From: Ferroglobus placidus DSM 10642
GTDB taxonomy: Archaea; Halobacteriota; Archaeoglobi; Archaeoglobales; Archaeoglobaceae
Direction: 5' to 3'
DNA length: 32,000 nt
Assembly (NCBI RefSeq): GCF_000025505.1
Contig: NC_013849.1
Coordinates: 780,001-812,000, forward strand
Every line of letters begins with the position of its first letter. Position 1 is the stretch's first letter. Shown here one piece after another: positions 1 to 7,907 of this stretch. The notes beneath the pieces were generated by a model. That model saw nothing but the letters and a program-made list of their open reading frames with translations. It searched no databases and had not been told where the DNA came from. The position numbers and the translations under genes were made by a program.

Positions 1-1507
1 CTGGATAATCGTTCTTTAGTATCTTCGGCTTCTCTTTCTTTTCAGCTTTAGAGTGCCTCGAAGCGAGCTCGGCGTACAAATCCTCAACCTCCTCAACCTC
101 AGCTCCTTCTTTTTCCGCTATGCTTATTACGATCTCGGGAGGAATTCCGTGGGAATCGTAGAATTCGATTAAGTCCTCTTTCGTTACCTTCTTCTTTCTC
201 TTCACGGTTCTTTCAACCATCGATTTTCCTCTCTCTATCGTCCTTTTGTACTTCTCCGTCTCAAGCTCAAGAATCTCTTGGATAGTGTCAAGCTCTACTT
301 CAAACTCGAAGGCTTTCAGAATCTTCCTGTGAAGCTCCACCAAATCGAAAAGCGTTAGCGTAAAGCCGATGTCGTCAGCTAACCTCAAACTCCTCCTGAT
401 CATTAGTCTTGCCAAGTATCCAGCCCCAGCATTAGAGGGGACTAAACCGTCTCCGAGCATGAAGAGGATCGCTCTCGTGTGATCCGCTAAAGCGTAAGCT
501 TTCTCCATCGGGGAAATTATCCTGTCAAGCACCTCAACGCTCATTCCGAACTTGTCGGCAATGCTCTTTCTAAGCTTCAAAAGCTCTTCTCCTCTCAAAG
601 AGCTCATAACTCCAGCCAGTTTCGAGCTTTCAGCTAAAAGCCCCTTCATGTCTTCATCTTTTCTGCTGAATTCAATGCTGCTGTTTTCGACGATTTTATC
701 AACGACCTCCGGAAATATCGCATCGTAAACTGTTGGAGTCCCCTGAGATGCCCACACAAAACGCTCAAGTCCGTAGCCGGTATCGACGATGTAGTTGTCC
801 ATCCTTCTGTATCTCTCTCCTTTGATCTCTATGTCGCCATTCGGATCAAGTTCGAGGTTCATGAAAACTAAGGTGGCAAGCTCAAGTCCGCCGACAATCG
901 CTTCTAAGCAAGGTCCAGCATTTCCTCCTCCAGCCCAAGGCTCTTCTTTGTACACTATTTCTTCCTTCCTTACTCCAAGCTCGTTTAACAGCTCTGTGCA
1001 GTAAGCTACAGTTTCGTTCTTCCAGTAAATCTCCTTTCCGGGATAGTTGAAAGCGTGATGCGCCATCATTTCGAACAACGTAAGGTGCCTTCCGGTTCTC
1101 CCAATGCTGTCGAGATCTTCCATTCTTATACACGGCTGGGATATGGTGAGGGGATTAGCCGGAGGAGGAACTAAACCGGAGGTTACGAAAGGTTGAAAGT
1201 CAGCTATACTTGCTATCGTCAAGTAGATGTCATCTCTCCACCTCGCGACAACCGGATAACGCTCAATTCTTTCGTGCCCCCTCTTTTCGAAGAACGATAA
1301 GTAATACTCCCTCATCTCGTCGATGTTCATTTTTTTCTTGAAAATTGGATTACCTATGAACGTGTAAGTTCCGCATGGAGGATCTCCGCAAATTTCTCTG
1401 CTTTCATCGGCAGTCCAGAAGTATTTGCCACACGAAGGGCACTTCTTTCTGACGAATCCGTTCTCCTTGAGGAACGTTATGTCTAAATACTCCTTCTCCA
1501 AGCTCAT
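1..1507 (-). CDS. alaS: Alanyl-tRNA synthetase, N-terminal catalytic part (gene continues beyond the left window edge)
   Basis: Absent from the ORF track because it is open at the edge. My reverse translation from the ATG at 1507-1505 gives MSLEKEYLDITFLKENGFVRKKCPSCGKYFWTADESREICGDPPCGTYTFIGNP...ARWRDDIYLTIASIADFQPFVTSG...ISQPCIRMEDLDSIGRTGRHLTLFEMMAHHAFN...EEPWAGGGNAGPCLE...DTGYGLERFVWA. This matches the archaeal class II AlaRS N-terminus. Confidence 0.9.
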   Translation of the reverse strand, partial: MSLEKEYLDITFLKENGFVRKKCPSCGKYFWTADESREICGDPPCGTYTFIGNPIFKKKMNIDEMREYYLSFFEKRGHERIERYPVVARWRDDIYLTIASIADFQPFVTSGLVPPPANPLTISQPCIRMEDLDSIGRTGRHLTLFEMMAHHAFNYPGKEIYWKNETVAYCTELLNELGVRKEEIVYKEEPWAGGGNAGPCLEAIVGGLELATLVFMNLELDPNGDIEIKGERYRRMDNYIVDTGYGLERFVWASQGTPTVYDAIFPEVVDKIVENSSIEFSRKDEDMKGLLAESSKLAGVMSSLRGEELLKLRKSIADKFGMSVEVLDRIISPMEKAYALADHTRAILFMLGDGLVPSNAGAGYLARLMIRRSLRLADDIGFTLTLFDLVELHRKILKAFEFEVELDTIQEILELETEKYKRTIERGKSMVERTVKRKKKVTKEDLIEFYDSHGIPPEIVISIAEKEGAEVEEVEDLYAELASRHSKAEKKEKPKILKNDYP

Positions 1508-1600
1508 CGGATTTTCAAACTTCCGCAAAAAATATAACAGTTTCGTAACCGCTTTTTCCAAGCGAAAACTTTAAATTGATGATTTCGTCGGGGACATAAG

Positions 1601-1852
1601 ATGAAAATAATTAGATGTCCTTCTTGCGGAGAGGAAATCGAATTAAAAGACCTCTACGAAGGGATGGAAGTAAACTGTAGCCTCTGCGGAATTACTTTGC
1701 TTTACGAAGAGGGGAAGTTCATACTTCTCGACACGAACGAAGAGTTCGATCCAGAAGATTTGCAAGAGGACTTCGAGGAAGAAGAGGAGTTTGAAGAGGA
1801 AGAGTTCGAAGAAGAAGAGGAAGAGTACGATTACGACTACGACGAATACTGA
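1601..1852 (+). CDS. Small zinc-ribbon protein (CPSC-x16-CSLC) with a long polyacidic C-terminal tail; LysW-like fold but not a canonical carrier protein
   Basis: The 83-aa ORF has a TATA-like CTTTAAATTG about 27 nt upstream of the ATG. The N-terminal 45 aa resemble the LysW/ArgW zinc ribbon. Of the last 40 residues, 27 are D/E and none are K/R, and the protein ends YDYDYDEY. Confidence 0.7.
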   Translation: MKIIRCPSCGEEIELKDLYEGMEVNCSLCGITLLYEEGKFILLDTNEEFDPEDLQEDFEEEEEFEEEEFEEEEEEYDYDYDEY

Positions 1853-1886
1853 AAAATTTTTAAAAAATTTTTACTTTTTCAACTTT

Positions 1887-2654
1887 ATGAAACTTCTTGC
1901 TCTGGTCGGAAGCAAAAGGCACGGAAACAGCATTTTTTCCTCCAAGTACATCGCTAAAAAAATCGGAGCAGAGCTGGAGATAGTCAATTTGGCAAATTCG
2001 AAAATAGAGCCGTGCAAAGCCTGCTACGCTTGCATATTCGGAGAGGAGTGCAAAATAGATGATGACGTCTACGAAATTCTGGGGAAAATTGAAGAGAGTG
2101 ACGCCATATTAGTTTCTTCTCCAGTTTACTGGCTCGACGCAACCGGGAAAGTGAAGCTTTTCCTCGACAGATGCTTTATGGCTTACCCATACCTTGAGAA
2201 GTTCAAAGATAAGAAAGGGGCTGTTGTTTACTTCTACGGATTCGAAGAACTCAGAGGATGGGCATCCACAACTTACAACGTATTGCTTAGATGCATGGGA
2301 ATCGAACCTCTCATAGTGGCTCCGATACACTCGCCACTTCCAGGAGAAATTTTCGAGAAGGTTGAAATCCTCGACAAAGTTGCCGAAGCTTTAGAGAGCG
2401 GAGAGAGATACGTTTTTAACGGACAGTGTCCCGTTTGCTTGAGCGAAAGCTTCAGATACACATCGGCTTTCGAATGCGCAATCTGCGGCTCAAAGCTCAA
2501 CGAGAAGCTTGAGGTGGTTGAGAGGGGAGAGAGGTTGAGCTACGAGTGGATGTTAAAGCATTACGAAGAGCTCAAACACTTCAAAGAGAAATATTTACAG
2601 AAGAGAGGCGAGCTGAAAAAGCTGGTGGAAGAGTATGTGGGAGAAGGCAATTAA
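1887..2654 (+). CDS. Iron-sulfur flavoprotein (ISF) / NADPH-dependent FMN reductase-fold protein with an extra C-terminal zinc-ribbon domain
   Basis: I place the start at the in-frame ATG at 1887 (MKLLALVGSKRHGNS...), not at the track start 1791. The compact cysteine motif CKACYACIFGEEC (C-x2-C-x2-C-x5-C) is typical of ISF. SSPVYW is a flavodoxin-like motif. The C-terminus carries CPVC-x13-CAIC. Confidence 0.75.
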   Translation: MKLLALVGSKRHGNSIFSSKYIAKKIGAELEIVNLANSKIEPCKACYACIFGEECKIDDDVYEILGKIEESDAILVSSPVYWLDATGKVKLFLDRCFMAYPYLEKFKDKKGAVVYFYGFEELRGWASTTYNVLLRCMGIEPLIVAPIHSPLPGEIFEKVEILDKVAEALESGERYVFNGQCPVCLSESFRYTSAFECAICGSKLNEKLEVVERGERLSYEWMLKHYEELKHFKEKYLQKRGELKKLVEEYVGEGN

Positions 2655-3318
2655 CGAGGAGTTCGTTGAAAGGTGCAAGAACTTAAAAAAGACTGGAAAC
2701 ATTTTCAACCCAATATTTTACATAGTTTTCACTCGCCTCGTGGAAGTTTCTTCTATAATAAACGAGGTTTTTCTTGCAACCCCCGAAGACCTCGAGGAGA
2801 TGTTTAAAACGAGGAAAGACCTTCTTGAAATCGACTTAAAGACGATAAACGAAACTTTGAGGAGAGCTTGGAAGTTTGAGATAGAGAGGGGAGTGAAGTA
2901 CAACTTCAGCGACGGAATAGAGGATTTAATGTACGTGGTTTACAGAATGCGGGAAATTCAGAGCACTATAGACGAAATGATAAAAAGCCTCGTCAAAGAG
3001 TGGAAAAAGAGCGAACTCGTAGATATTTACTTCTCACTCCTCGTTGAGCTTCTGGAGCTTGAGGAAAAGATCCAAAAAGAGGTGGAAAGGGAAATCGCTT
3101 TAGAAAACTTCGTAAGACTCGCTAAAGAACTCGGCTACAATTCGGATTTTCTGGTCAAATCCTACGAGATTTTAAAGAGTGAAAACAAGCCTATAAATCA
3201 CGTGAGGCTCGAAGAAGTTGGAGAAAAAAGTAAGCTTTCGGAACTGTTAGCTCAAACCGATGAAGAAGAAAAGAGATTCGTTTTGTCGGCTTTGAAGGTT
3301 ATTTTCGGAAAGGAGTGA
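2635..3318 (+). CDS. Hypothetical alpha-helical protein
   Basis: The 227-aa ORF overlaps the upstream gene by 20 nt and has E/K-rich hyperthermophile-like composition. I recognise no motif. Confidence 0.6.
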   Translation: MWEKAINEEFVERCKNLKKTGNIFNPIFYIVFTRLVEVSSIINEVFLATPEDLEEMFKTRKDLLEIDLKTINETLRRAWKFEIERGVKYNFSDGIEDLMYVVYRMREIQSTIDEMIKSLVKEWKKSELVDIYFSLLVELLELEEKIQKEVEREIALENFVRLAKELGYNSDFLVKSYEILKSENKPINHVRLEEVGEKSKLSELLAQTDEEEKRFVLSALKVIFGKE

Positions 3319-3320
3319 AG

Positions 3321-3369
3321 TTTGTCAACTTAGTAATTTGACAAAGTGTTTCGCTTTTCTGTGAAAAGC
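3321..3369 (+). terminator. Two consecutive perfect hairpins followed by T-runs, acting either as a terminator or as an operator
   Basis: The first hairpin is TTTGTCAA-N9-TTGACAAA (3321-3345). The second is GCTTTTC-tgt-GAAAAGC (3353-3369). A T5 run follows at about 3383-3387. The site lies between the stop at 3318 and the oxidoreductase promoter. Confidence 0.3.
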
Positions 3370-3404
3370 CTTTCAGATGTCTTTTTCGTTGGAAAGTTAG
3401 GTAA

Positions 3405-3414
3405 TTCTTAAATA
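3405..3414 (+). promoter_or_regulatory. Candidate TATA box of the oxidoreductase operon
   Basis: TTCTTAAATA lies about 40 nt upstream of the GTG at 3451. A GGGAGGTG Shine-Dalgarno-like sequence sits immediately at the start. Confidence 0.35.
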
Positions 3415-3450
3415 CTGATAATTTCCCTCATAGAATACAGATCTCGGGAG

Positions 3451-4032
3451 GTGAGTTTTATCTTAATAGAGGTAAGATTTCACGGGAGAGGGGGGCAAGG
3501 TGCCGTTACAGCGGCAGACATTTTAGCTATAGCCGGCTTCAAGCAAGGATACTACACGCTATCCTTCCCAATGTTTGGAGCGGAAAAAAGAGGAACTCCA
3601 GTCGTGTCTTTTCTCAGAATCTCCGACAAGCCAATTGTTGTTAGAGATGAGGTTCGCAACCCAGATTACGTGGTGGTCATGGATCCCTCCTTGTTGGATG
3701 TCGTTGATGTTTTGGCTGGAATAAAGAAGGGTGGTATGCTGATAGCAAATTATCCGAAGGGCAGCGAGGAATTAAAAGAAAAGCTGAAAGCTGAAGATGT
3801 GGAGATCTACACGATAAACGCGACGAAAATGGCTACGGAGATACTCGGAAGACCGATAACGAACACCGCAATGGTAGGAGCTTTCGTAGGAGCAACCAAC
3901 GTCGTGAAGCTGGAGTACGTGGAAGAGGCGATTAGGGAGTTTTTCGAAGATAAGGATATTGCTGAAAAGAACGTTCAGCTCGTTAGGAAAGCTTACGAAT
4001 ACATGAGGGAGGTGTGCGCATGGAAAGAATGA
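3451..4032 (+). CDS. 2-oxoacid:ferredoxin oxidoreductase gamma subunit (pyruvate/2-ketoisovalerate type)
   Basis: GTG start. The sequence IEVRFHGRGGQGAVTAADILA...FPMFGAEKRGTPV is the hallmark of the gamma subunit. The gamma-delta-alpha-beta order fits POR/VOR rather than KOR. Confidence 0.9.
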   Translation: MSFILIEVRFHGRGGQGAVTAADILAIAGFKQGYYTLSFPMFGAEKRGTPVVSFLRISDKPIVVRDEVRNPDYVVVMDPSLLDVVDVLAGIKKGGMLIANYPKGSEELKEKLKAEDVEIYTINATKMATEILGRPITNTAMVGAFVGATNVVKLEYVEEAIREFFEDKDIAEKNVQLVRKAYEYMREVCAWKE

Positions 4033-4313
4033 AGCTTTATATAGGAGCGAGCAACCCGCCGAAAACCACTCAGATGAAAACCGGAGATTGGGGGACCGAG
4101 TGGGCTTTTGTGGACGAAGAGAAGTGTATTGGCTGCGGAAGATGCGTTAAATTCTGCCCCGAGCCGTGTATCGAGCTCGTGGAGAAAGACGGAAACAAGG
4201 TAGCGAAAGTCGATCACGACTACTGCAAGGGTTGCGGAATTTGCGCAAGCGTTTGCCCGGTTAACGCTATTAGGATGGAGACTAAAGAAATTTACAAGGT
4301 CGAGGTGTGTTAA
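4020..4313 (+). CDS. 2-oxoacid:ferredoxin oxidoreductase delta subunit (2x[4Fe-4S] ferredoxin-like)
   Basis: Two CxxCxxCxxxCP motifs are present (CIGCGRCVKFCP and CKGCGICASVCP). I prefer the ATG at 4020, 5 nt after GGGAGGTG; the track ORF starts at the GTG at 4014. Confidence 0.9.
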   Translation: MERMKLYIGASNPPKTTQMKTGDWGTEWAFVDEEKCIGCGRCVKFCPEPCIELVEKDGNKVAKVDHDYCKGCGICASVCPVNAIRMETKEIYKVEVC

Positions 4314-5489
4314 ATGAGGAGGGTAGTTAGAGGTTTTTATGCGATTGCCGAAGCCGTAAGGCTTTGCAGACCAAACGTTATCTGCGCGTATCCTATAACT
4401 CCACAAACGGAAATCGTCGAAAATTTGGCCGAAATGTACGCAAACGGAGAGCTCGATGCGGAATATATAACTGCCGAATCGGAGTTCGCTGCGGCGTCAA
4501 TAGTTTTAGGAGCTTCGGCAGCTGGAGCGAGAGTGTTTACAGCCACGAGCTCCCAAGGGCTTTTGTTGATGACGGAAGTTCTGTTCAACGCAGCTGGAAT
4601 GAGGTTACCTATAGTGATGGTCGTTGCGAACAGATCAGTTTCAGCTCCGCTGAGCATTTGGAACGATCACCAAGACAGTATGACGGTGAGAGATGCCGGA
4701 ATTATTCAGATGCATGCAGAAAACAATCAGGAAGCCCACGATTTGATTCCTCTCGCCTATAAAGTTGCGGAAGATAAAAGGGTTCTCTTGCCGTTCATAC
4801 TCAACGTGGACGGATTCAAGCTAACTCACGCTTACGAGCCTGTCGATCTTTTAAGCCAAGAGGTCGTCGATAGTTTCTTACCACCCTACGATCCCGTCGT
4901 AAAGCTTTCAACGGAAAAGCCGGTAGCTATGGGTTGCTACGCTCCTCCTCCGTATTACATGGAGTTCAGAGTTGCGATGGAGTATGCGATGGAGAGGGCA
5001 AAGAAAGTTATGGAGGAAGCTTTCAAGGAGTGGAGCGAGATAATAGGAAGAGACTACGGTTCACACGTTTCAGCGGAGCATTGCGAGGATGCGGAGGTTG
5101 TTGCGATAGCGATGGGTTCTCTCGTCGGTCTCGTAAGAGACGTGGTGGAGGAGATGAGAAAAGAAGGAAAGAAGGTTGGATTGCTGAAAATCAGAACTTT
5201 CAGACCGTTCCCGGCTGAAGAAGTTAGAGAGGCTTTAAAGAACGCAAACAAGGTTATAATCTTCGAAAGGTCGCTCTCAATTGGCTCCGATCCGCCGGTT
5301 ACTCTCGAAGTTAAGAGCGCTCTCTTCGGCAGCTCATCTCCCGAAATTCATTCGGTAGTGATAGGACTCGGTGGCAGGGACATACCCAGAGAGCAAATTG
5401 TTAAGGTGATAAGCGAGGTTTACGAAGGAAAGGTGAAGCCCGGAAAGAGGTATGAGGGTGTTAAGGAGTTTGAAGAGGTGATTCCATGA
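4314..5489 (+). CDS. 2-oxoacid:ferredoxin oxidoreductase alpha subunit
   Basis: The 391-aa product has a typical POR/VOR alpha N-terminus (AIAEAVRLCRPNVICAYPITPQTEIVE). It starts directly after the delta stop. Confidence 0.9.
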   Translation: MRRVVRGFYAIAEAVRLCRPNVICAYPITPQTEIVENLAEMYANGELDAEYITAESEFAAASIVLGASAAGARVFTATSSQGLLLMTEVLFNAAGMRLPIVMVVANRSVSAPLSIWNDHQDSMTVRDAGIIQMHAENNQEAHDLIPLAYKVAEDKRVLLPFILNVDGFKLTHAYEPVDLLSQEVVDSFLPPYDPVVKLSTEKPVAMGCYAPPPYYMEFRVAMEYAMERAKKVMEEAFKEWSEIIGRDYGSHVSAEHCEDAEVVAIAMGSLVGLVRDVVEEMRKEGKKVGLLKIRTFRPFPAEEVREALKNANKVIIFERSLSIGSDPPVTLEVKSALFGSSSPEIHSVVIGLGGRDIPREQIVKVISEVYEGKVKPGKRYEGVKEFEEVIP

Positions 5490-6364
5490 GTTATTTCGGA
5501 CCCGGGCACGGAGCCTGTCCCGGTTGCGGATTTCCCATCGCTGTAAAAGCCGTGCTCGAAGCTTTGGAAGGGAAGGCTTTCGTCGTAAATCCAACCGGAT
5601 GCTTAGAGATAGTTAGCTCGATGTACAACAGAAACGTCTGGGGAGTTCCCTACATTCACTCCCTTTTCGAGAACGCTGCAGCCGTTGCTGCGGGAATTGA
5701 GGCAGCTCTCAGAGCTTTGAATAGAAAGCACGAAGGACACGTTGTCGTTTTCGCCGGAGACGGTGCTACTGCTGACATAGGTTTCGGTATGGTTTCCGGA
5801 GCATTCGACAGAAATCACGACATTCTCTACATCTGCTACGACAACGAAGCGTATCAGAACACCGGAAATCAGCAAAGCGCGTTAACTCCTCCGGGAGCGA
5901 GGACCACTACAACGCCAGTCGGAAAAAGACAGCCGGGAAAGATCGGGAAGAAAAAGGACATGGTTAGCATAGCAGTCGCCCACGGAATTCCCTACGTTGC
6001 TTCAGCTTCGGTAGGCTATCCAAACGACTTAAAGAGGAAAGTGAAGAGGGCTGTTGAATTCGAAGGAGCGAAGTACATCCACGTTCACGCACCGTGCGTT
6101 ACTGGCTGGGGAATCGACGGTAAACAGACTGTTGAAGTGGCGAGGCTGGCTGTCGAAACCGGACTGTATCCTCTCGTGGAATTCGAACACGGAAAGCTCG
6201 TGAGGGTTATGAAAATCAAGGAGAAGAAGCCCGTGGAAGAGTACCTCAAAGCTCAAAGGAGGTTCAGGCACCTGTTCAAACATCCGGAAGGTAGGAAGAT
6301 TATAGAAGAGCTTCAGAGAATAGCGGACGAGAACATAAAGAGGTACAACCTCCTGCAGCAATGA
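5486..6364 (+). CDS. 2-oxoacid:ferredoxin oxidoreductase beta subunit (TPP- and [4Fe-4S]-binding)
   Basis: CPGCG lies near the N-terminus. GDGATADIGF...NEAYQNTGNQ is the TPP motif. There is an ATGA overlap with the alpha subunit gene. Confidence 0.9.
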   Translation: MSYFGPGHGACPGCGFPIAVKAVLEALEGKAFVVNPTGCLEIVSSMYNRNVWGVPYIHSLFENAAAVAAGIEAALRALNRKHEGHVVVFAGDGATADIGFGMVSGAFDRNHDILYICYDNEAYQNTGNQQSALTPPGARTTTTPVGKRQPGKIGKKKDMVSIAVAHGIPYVASASVGYPNDLKRKVKRAVEFEGAKYIHVHAPCVTGWGIDGKQTVEVARLAVETGLYPLVEFEHGKLVRVMKIKEKKPVEEYLKAQRRFRHLFKHPEGRKIIEELQRIADENIKRYNLLQQ

Positions 6365-7143
6365 AGGAAAAAGAAGCTTTGGAGCTTTCGAGAAAAATCG
6401 GAGAAGAGGTCAGAAAAAAGGTAATCAAGATCAGCGGCAAAAGAGAGGCTGGAGAGGTAGTTGGAATAGGAAAGGACGGAACGCCGACGAAGAGAATTGA
6501 TCTGATAGCCGAGAAAAAAGCCCTCGAAATACTGAGGGAAGAAGACGTAAGAGTTGTTACTGAAGAGTCCGGGGTAGTTGGAGAAGGAGAAGTTACCGTT
6601 GCTCTCGACCCGATAGACGGAACGTTCAACGCAACAAGAGGTATTCCAATTTTTTCAATTTCTCTATGCTTTCTGAAAGGTGAAAAAATAAGAGACGCTT
6701 TCTTCGGCTACGTCATGAACCTCGCCACGGGAGATGAGTACTACTCCCTCAACAACAAGTCTTACAAGAACGGAGAGAAGATTGAGGTTTCGAAGAAAGA
6801 AGACGTGGAATGCGACGTCGTAATATACTATCCAAAGAAGAAGTACCCGTTTAAGAGAGTGAGAATCTACGGGTGCTCTTCGCTCGAAATCTGCTACGTT
6901 GCCGAAGGTGCTATCGATGCGTTTATAGACATAAGAGTGAGCGAGAAGAGGGGAGAAGAAATCATAGGCTACCTCAGAAGTTTTGACGTTGCCGCAGCTC
7001 TGTTCATAGCGAAGAACGCGAAGGCTAAAATAAGCGATCCAGATGGGAAAAGCGTTGAAGAAAAGGTTGTAAGCATGGAGGAAAGGTTTAGGCTCGTGGT
7101 TGCCAACGAGAAGCTCCACGAGAAAATTCTGAAAGTGCTATGA
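6361..7143 (+). CDS. Inositol monophosphatase family phosphatase (IMPase/FBPase/NADP-phosphatase type)
   Basis: The motifs VVTEESG, LDPIDGTFNATRG and FDVAAALFIA are present. ATGA overlaps occur on both sides. Confidence 0.85.
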   Translation: MKEKEALELSRKIGEEVRKKVIKISGKREAGEVVGIGKDGTPTKRIDLIAEKKALEILREEDVRVVTEESGVVGEGEVTVALDPIDGTFNATRGIPIFSISLCFLKGEKIRDAFFGYVMNLATGDEYYSLNNKSYKNGEKIEVSKKEDVECDVVIYYPKKKYPFKRVRIYGCSSLEICYVAEGAIDAFIDIRVSEKRGEEIIGYLRSFDVAAALFIAKNAKAKISDPDGKSVEEKVVSMEERFRLVVANEKLHEKILKVL

Positions 7144-7907
7144 GAGTAGCGCTCGTTTACAAAAAAGAGTCGGAAAGCGTAGCTGAGAGAGTTAGAAAGT
7201 TTCTGGAAAGAGTTAGCGACGTCGCAGTTTTTTCTTCACCAACCACCGAACTCGAGGACTTCGACGTTTTGGTAATTGTGGGTGGAGACGGAACGGTCTT
7301 AAGGACCGTGCAAGAAATAAAGAATGTTCCGCCAACTTTTGTCGTCAACACAGGAAGGGTTGGGATCTTTTCCCACGCTAATGCAGAGGATTTCGAGGAT
7401 AAGCTCGAAGAAGCTCTCAAAAGCATGGAGTACGAGAGTTTCATGAGGTTGGAGGCTAAGGTGAAAGGGAGCATTTTAAGAGCCCTCAATGAGATAAGCG
7501 TTCTAACTCACACTCCTTCGAGACTCCTCAAGTTCGAGATCAGTGTTGACGGAGAGCTGATAGAAGAGATGAGGTCGGACGGCATGATCTTTTCAACCCC
7601 ACTCGGCTCCACGGCGTACAACCTCTCCTCCGGCGGACCCATAGTCGATCCGAAGCTTGAGGCTATCGTAATTACTCCGGTTTCGCCTTTCAGACTCGGA
7701 TGGAGACCTTGGGTCGTTAGCGGAGAGAGAACCATTTTAACCAGAGTTGAATTGAGAGAGGCTGTTGTCGTTGCCGACGGGCAAAAGTCCGTTGTCATAG
7801 AGCCCGGAGAAGTTGTGGAAGTGAAAAAGTCTAAATATCCGGTAAATTTCTTTAAAGTTGAGAAAAGGCTTGAAAAGATGTCCAAAAAGGTGAGGGAGTT
7901 AACGTGA
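7140..7907 (+). CDS. nadK: NAD kinase
   Basis: The motifs GGDGTVLR, NEISV and STPLGSTAYNLSSGGPIV are present. Confidence 0.9.
   Translation: MRVALVYKKESESVAERVRKFLERVSDVAVFSSPTTELEDFDVLVIVGGDGTVLRTVQEIKNVPPTFVVNTGRVGIFSHANAEDFEDKLEEALKSMEYESFMRLEAKVKGSILRALNEISVLTHTPSRLLKFEISVDGELIEEMRSDGMIFSTPLGSTAYNLSSGGPIVDPKLEAIVITPVSPFRLGWRPWVVSGERTILTRVELREAVVVADGQKSVVIEPGEVVEVKKSKYPVNFFKVEKRLEKMSKKVRELT

Noticed and set aside
795-1133. Track ORFs 795..1004 (+) and 882..1133 (-)
   Set aside because: They lie inside the strongly supported alaS reading frame. They have low-complexity or unrecognisable sequences and look like shadow ORFs.
1601-1852. Calling the zinc-ribbon protein a bona fide LysW/ArgW amino-group carrier
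   Set aside because: Carrier function needs a C-terminal Glu in a short EDWGE-type tail. This protein ends in ..DYDEY after a 40-residue acidic tract, so only fold-level similarity is claimed.
1791-1886. N-terminal extension of the flavoprotein ORF (MKRKSSKKKRKSTITTTTN...)
   Set aside because: It is an out-of-frame reading of the GAA/GAG-rich tract that encodes the acidic tail of the upstream gene, followed by intergenic sequence. The family-typical start MKLLALVGS is the in-frame ATG at 1887.
4337-5251. Track ORFs 4337..4657 (-), 4364..4762 (+), 4934..5218 (+) and 5054..5251 (-)
   Set aside because: All are embedded in the oxidoreductase alpha subunit gene. Their R/S/G-rich compositions are typical of off-frame translation of a real gene.
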